Source of the DNA: Octopus bimaculoides | Lineage: Eukaryota | Reading direction: 5' to 3' | Length of the DNA: 64,000 nt | NCBI RefSeq assembly: GCF_001194135.2 | Contig: NC_068989.1 | Span: 5,070,134 to 5,134,133, forward strand | Shown: positions 60,295 to 64,000 of the stretch, in pieces | Position numbering within the stretch: position 1 is the first letter of the stretch | How the letters are laid out: every line of letters begins with the position of its first letter | Notes under the pieces: generated by a model | Database searches by the model: none | The model's input: the letters and a program-made list of their open reading frames with translations, nothing else | What the model was told of the DNA's origin: nothing | Position numbers and translations under genes: made by a program

Positions 60295-61220
60295 TTCTAT
60301 TAAAGTTACAAAGCCTCAAACTTGGCGGGAAGGAACTAGTCGAGTACATCGACCCCAGTGTTTCACTGGCACTTAATTTATCGACTCCGTCGACTTCGGC
60401 AGAATTTGAACTCAGAACGTAGCGGCAGACGAAATACCGCTAAGTATTTCGCCCGGCGTACTAACGATTCTGCCAGCTCGTCAATAATAATCACAACAAC
60501 AACAACAATAATAATAATTTCAAATTCTGGCACAAGGATAGCAATGTCGGGGGAGGGGGTAAGCCGATTACATCGACCCCAGTGCTCAACCGATACTTAT
60601 TTTATCAACCCGCGAAAGGATGAAAGGCAAAGTCGACCTCGGCGGAATTTGAACTCAGAATGTCAAGACGGACGAAATGCCACTAAGCACTTTGTCCGGC
60701 GTGCTAACGATTCTTCCAGTTCAATAATACTTTCTATCATAAGCACTAGGACTGCAATTTTGTAGGGGGGGGGGCTAATCGATTACATCGACCTCGACTG
60801 GTACTTTGTTTCATCGAAAGACAAAATCGACCCCAGCGGTATCTTGAACGTAAAGCCAGAAGAAATGCGGTTAAGCATTTTCTTTCCCGATACTTTAACG
60901 ATTCTGCCAGCGCGTCGTCTTAATAACAATGGCTTCAAATTTTGNNNNNNNNNNNNNNNNNNNNNNNNNNNNNNNNNNNNNNNNNNNNNNNNNNNNNNNN
61001 NNNNNNNNNNNNNNNNNNNNNNNNNNNNNNNNNNNNNNNNNNNNNNNNNNNNNNNNNNNNNNNNNNNNCCCACCCCAATCCCCCAGTACTTATTTTATCG
61101 CCCCCGCCCCGCAAAGGTATAAATAGCAGGGTCGACCTTGGCGGAATTTGAACTCAGAATGTATGAAGGCGGAAGAAACGCTACTGAGCATTTTATCCGG
61201 CATGCTAACCATTCTGTCAT
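60295..61220 (-). mobile_element. Head-to-tail cluster of four SINE family B copies (one crosses a gap)
   Basis: Units at about 60295-60481, 60520-60722, 60732-60918 and 61069-61220, separated by AAT/AAC runs. Confidence 0.8.
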
Positions 61221-61267
61221 ACACAAAATATCTGAAATGTCATCATGGGTATATTTCAATTCTTTGC

Positions 61268-61307
<40 letters not shown>

Positions 61308-64000
61308 GTGACTCCCACAGTTTTCTGTGTCATTTAAAATATATGTTAGTTATTTAGTAAAATGTTTAAATTTGCCTTCTAACATTCAGAACATCCGGTT
61401 CCAACCACCACGGTACACAAGCAGTATTATGTGCATGCATGCACGCACAAGCACAACGAAGAAGCTAGTTGATTGCAATTAAAATCTCCTCAAAGAGTTG
61501 ACACCAATTCTCTACCGAAAGAAGCAAAACTGGGAAAAGTCACTTTGGCATTCAAAATAACCAGCTCAAAACGATCCAACGAAAAAGACTCTTTACTGCG
61601 TGGTCTTTCGATCTGCTAGAAATAATAGGCAAATCTCTCTCAAATAAGTATACCGTCTTTAAAAAAAAAATCATATTAGTTAATGTAGTCCAAGATACGT
61701 CTTAAAAGACATGATGGTCATGGCTTGAACGCTTTTACTCATAAATCTATTCGATCAGGGTTGACCTCGAGTAACAATATTCTCATCAAAGAAGCTTAAA
61801 GAATGGTCGTTCTGCCTCTTAATATTACGAAACAGATTAAACATCACATTACAGAACTTGGGAGATATATTTTTACAACCTAGTGACACCAAAATAGGTA
61901 GAATTAAATATTTATCCCCAAGTCAAAAATGACCAGGATACGGATTGAGGTTTTTCCTCTTTTCAGGTAATATTTTGCCCGGCTACAATTTTCCCCCCCC
62001 CTTCCTCAAGCTCCAAGCACTGTCACAGACTATGTGTGTGAGTCACCTCAAGAGACATAGGGGAGAGAGACAAACAGACAGACGAGCAATATCAGAAAGT
62101 GTAAAAATGAAAGTGGCTCCAAAATTTCAAAAGACTTTCTGAGGCTGTGCTTAACTCAGGTTTCATAGCGAATATGGACAGGAGATAAAATTCCTCTGGA
62201 TAGGATGGCCATCAACTAAAAACCAATCTCCGGGAAAAGTGAGGACAGTCTATGTCAGCCAAAAAGAAAAAAATTAATAATGTACGCAAATAATAATGTA
62301 CCATGGAAGTAGGAAGGAGGCGAAAATCCAACGTCCTATGCTTAGCCCTTTACTGGGAGCCTTTAAGAGCTGCAACTTGGCCCCAGTGAGCCAGTGATAA
62401 ACGGTTAAGAGATAACTATCATTCCAAACATTCCCCTAGGATCTAGTACCAGTTTTTGATAAAGAACTTTGCAGGAAATGTCAAGATTCTTGACTCCCTC
62501 TGTCATAATAAACCTTATCTAAATTTTGCGAACTTTACTGTTTGTAAATCAAGACATCATAAGTTGGAGACAACATATATACGTGTTTGTGTTTGTGTGT
62601 GTGTGTTAGTCCATGACTATATCTAATCCACTGTTTCACTTTAAAATGTGAGACGTGTGCACCAGCTTGTCTTCAGAAAGAGGTCAGTTGTAGTCTCTCG
62701 AGAGAAACTGATTGTGCAACGTTATCTACTTTGAACCGCACAGCGCATACAGAGCATTTGCATAGCTTACGTGTCTGCACACCAACTAGTTCTTGAACCT
62801 GACTGAAGGCCGGTGTGGAAAGTGACCAGATGACAATGGCACGACATAAATTTTGATACCAAGAAATACACGAAAAGTGAATTTAACAGGTTTTGTGTGT
62901 TGGCTCAAAGTTGAAGCTTCATGTGATGTAAACGCTGTCTTCAAAGCTCAAAAGAGAAAACACAGAAATAAGGGAGACAAGAATAGAATCAAACAATGAG
63001 TTGGTAAGTGCATGAAACCACGTGTTGGTGTAGAAGACACTTGACCAAGGTGCCACGCAGTGGGACTGAACCAGGACCCATGTGGTTGGTAAGCAAGCTA
63101 CTTACNNNNNNNNNNNNNNNNNNNNNNNNNNNNNNNNNNNNNNNNNNNNNNNNNNNNNNNNNNNNNNNNNNNNNNNNNNNNNNNNNNNNNNNNNNNNNNN
63201 NNNNNTATATATATATATATATGACAGAGAGAGAGTATTATTACATACATATATGCCTGTGTATCTAAGCAAAACATTTTGCTTATAAATACGTTTTTAT
63301 GAAGTATTCTGCTTATCGTTTTACCTTAATGCTACACACACACGTGTATTATATATATATATATATAAGATTGCACTCATGATACATGTATTAACGATTT
63401 TTACATTCATTTCTACATATAATGTGTAATTGTAATACGTTTGTATCATGATCAGAAGCCTGATTGTTCAACAGAATTCCACTCTTTACATAAGCAAAGA
63501 GAAGATTCACCTGTAAAAACAATACCTTCAGTTACATACTCATGAAAGACTCTAGTTCGTTTGTCGATTTGTTAGAAATAACAGCTAAATTTCCTTCAAA
63601 CCACACCCCACTATCTTGAGAGAGAGAGAACGTTGAAAAATGAAGACCCAGATATTGAAAAAGACAAACTGGTCAATGGTTTGAAAGCTGTTGGTAAATC
63701 TGATCGGTCTGGCATGAATTAGGGCACAAAAAGGAAAAAGAAAGCGCTTCAACTTTATGCAAACATTCAAAATTTGTATGATTTATGGAGAATGGGAGAA
63801 AGAGAGCGACGTGTGTGTGTATATGTGGGGGGTAATGGACACGCGTGCCTAGACGAAGAAAGGTAAAAGAACTTCACAAAAATAAGTTCAGAAAATGATG
63901 TTGCCTATATGCTTTGAAATTCCATCTTTATGTATTCCGATCAGACTGTCTGTCTCTTTCTCTTTGCAATGCATACACATGCACGCCTATACACACAAAC

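Overview
AT-rich, microsatellite- and SINE-saturated animal genomic DNA with nine N gaps. The repeat families look like those of an octopod cephalopod (inference; not searched). One host gene is clearly recognisable: TMEM198 on the minus strand. It has 4 coding exons (52590-52386, 49297-48734, 30247-30117, 20544-20425), all GT-AG and phase-consistent, giving 339 aa. The standout feature lies in its 18.5-kb intron 2. A 3.1-kb stop-free reading frame (38208-35099, same strand) starts at a polypyrimidine-CAG acceptor whose phase matches the exon-2 donor. Splicing to it would replace the conserved TMEM198 tail with 1036 aa containing 82 in-register decapeptide units (GSYSGTDVDQ). The rest of the window is tRNA-derived SINEs (one carrying a hammerhead-ribozyme-like, Penelope-type tail), MITEs (piggyBac-, hAT- and Tc2-like, plus a foldback family), decayed LINE and hAT fragments, a near-perfect 72-bp-arm hairpin and simple repeats. 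Repeat boundaries are by eye and approximate; exon boundaries were read base by base.
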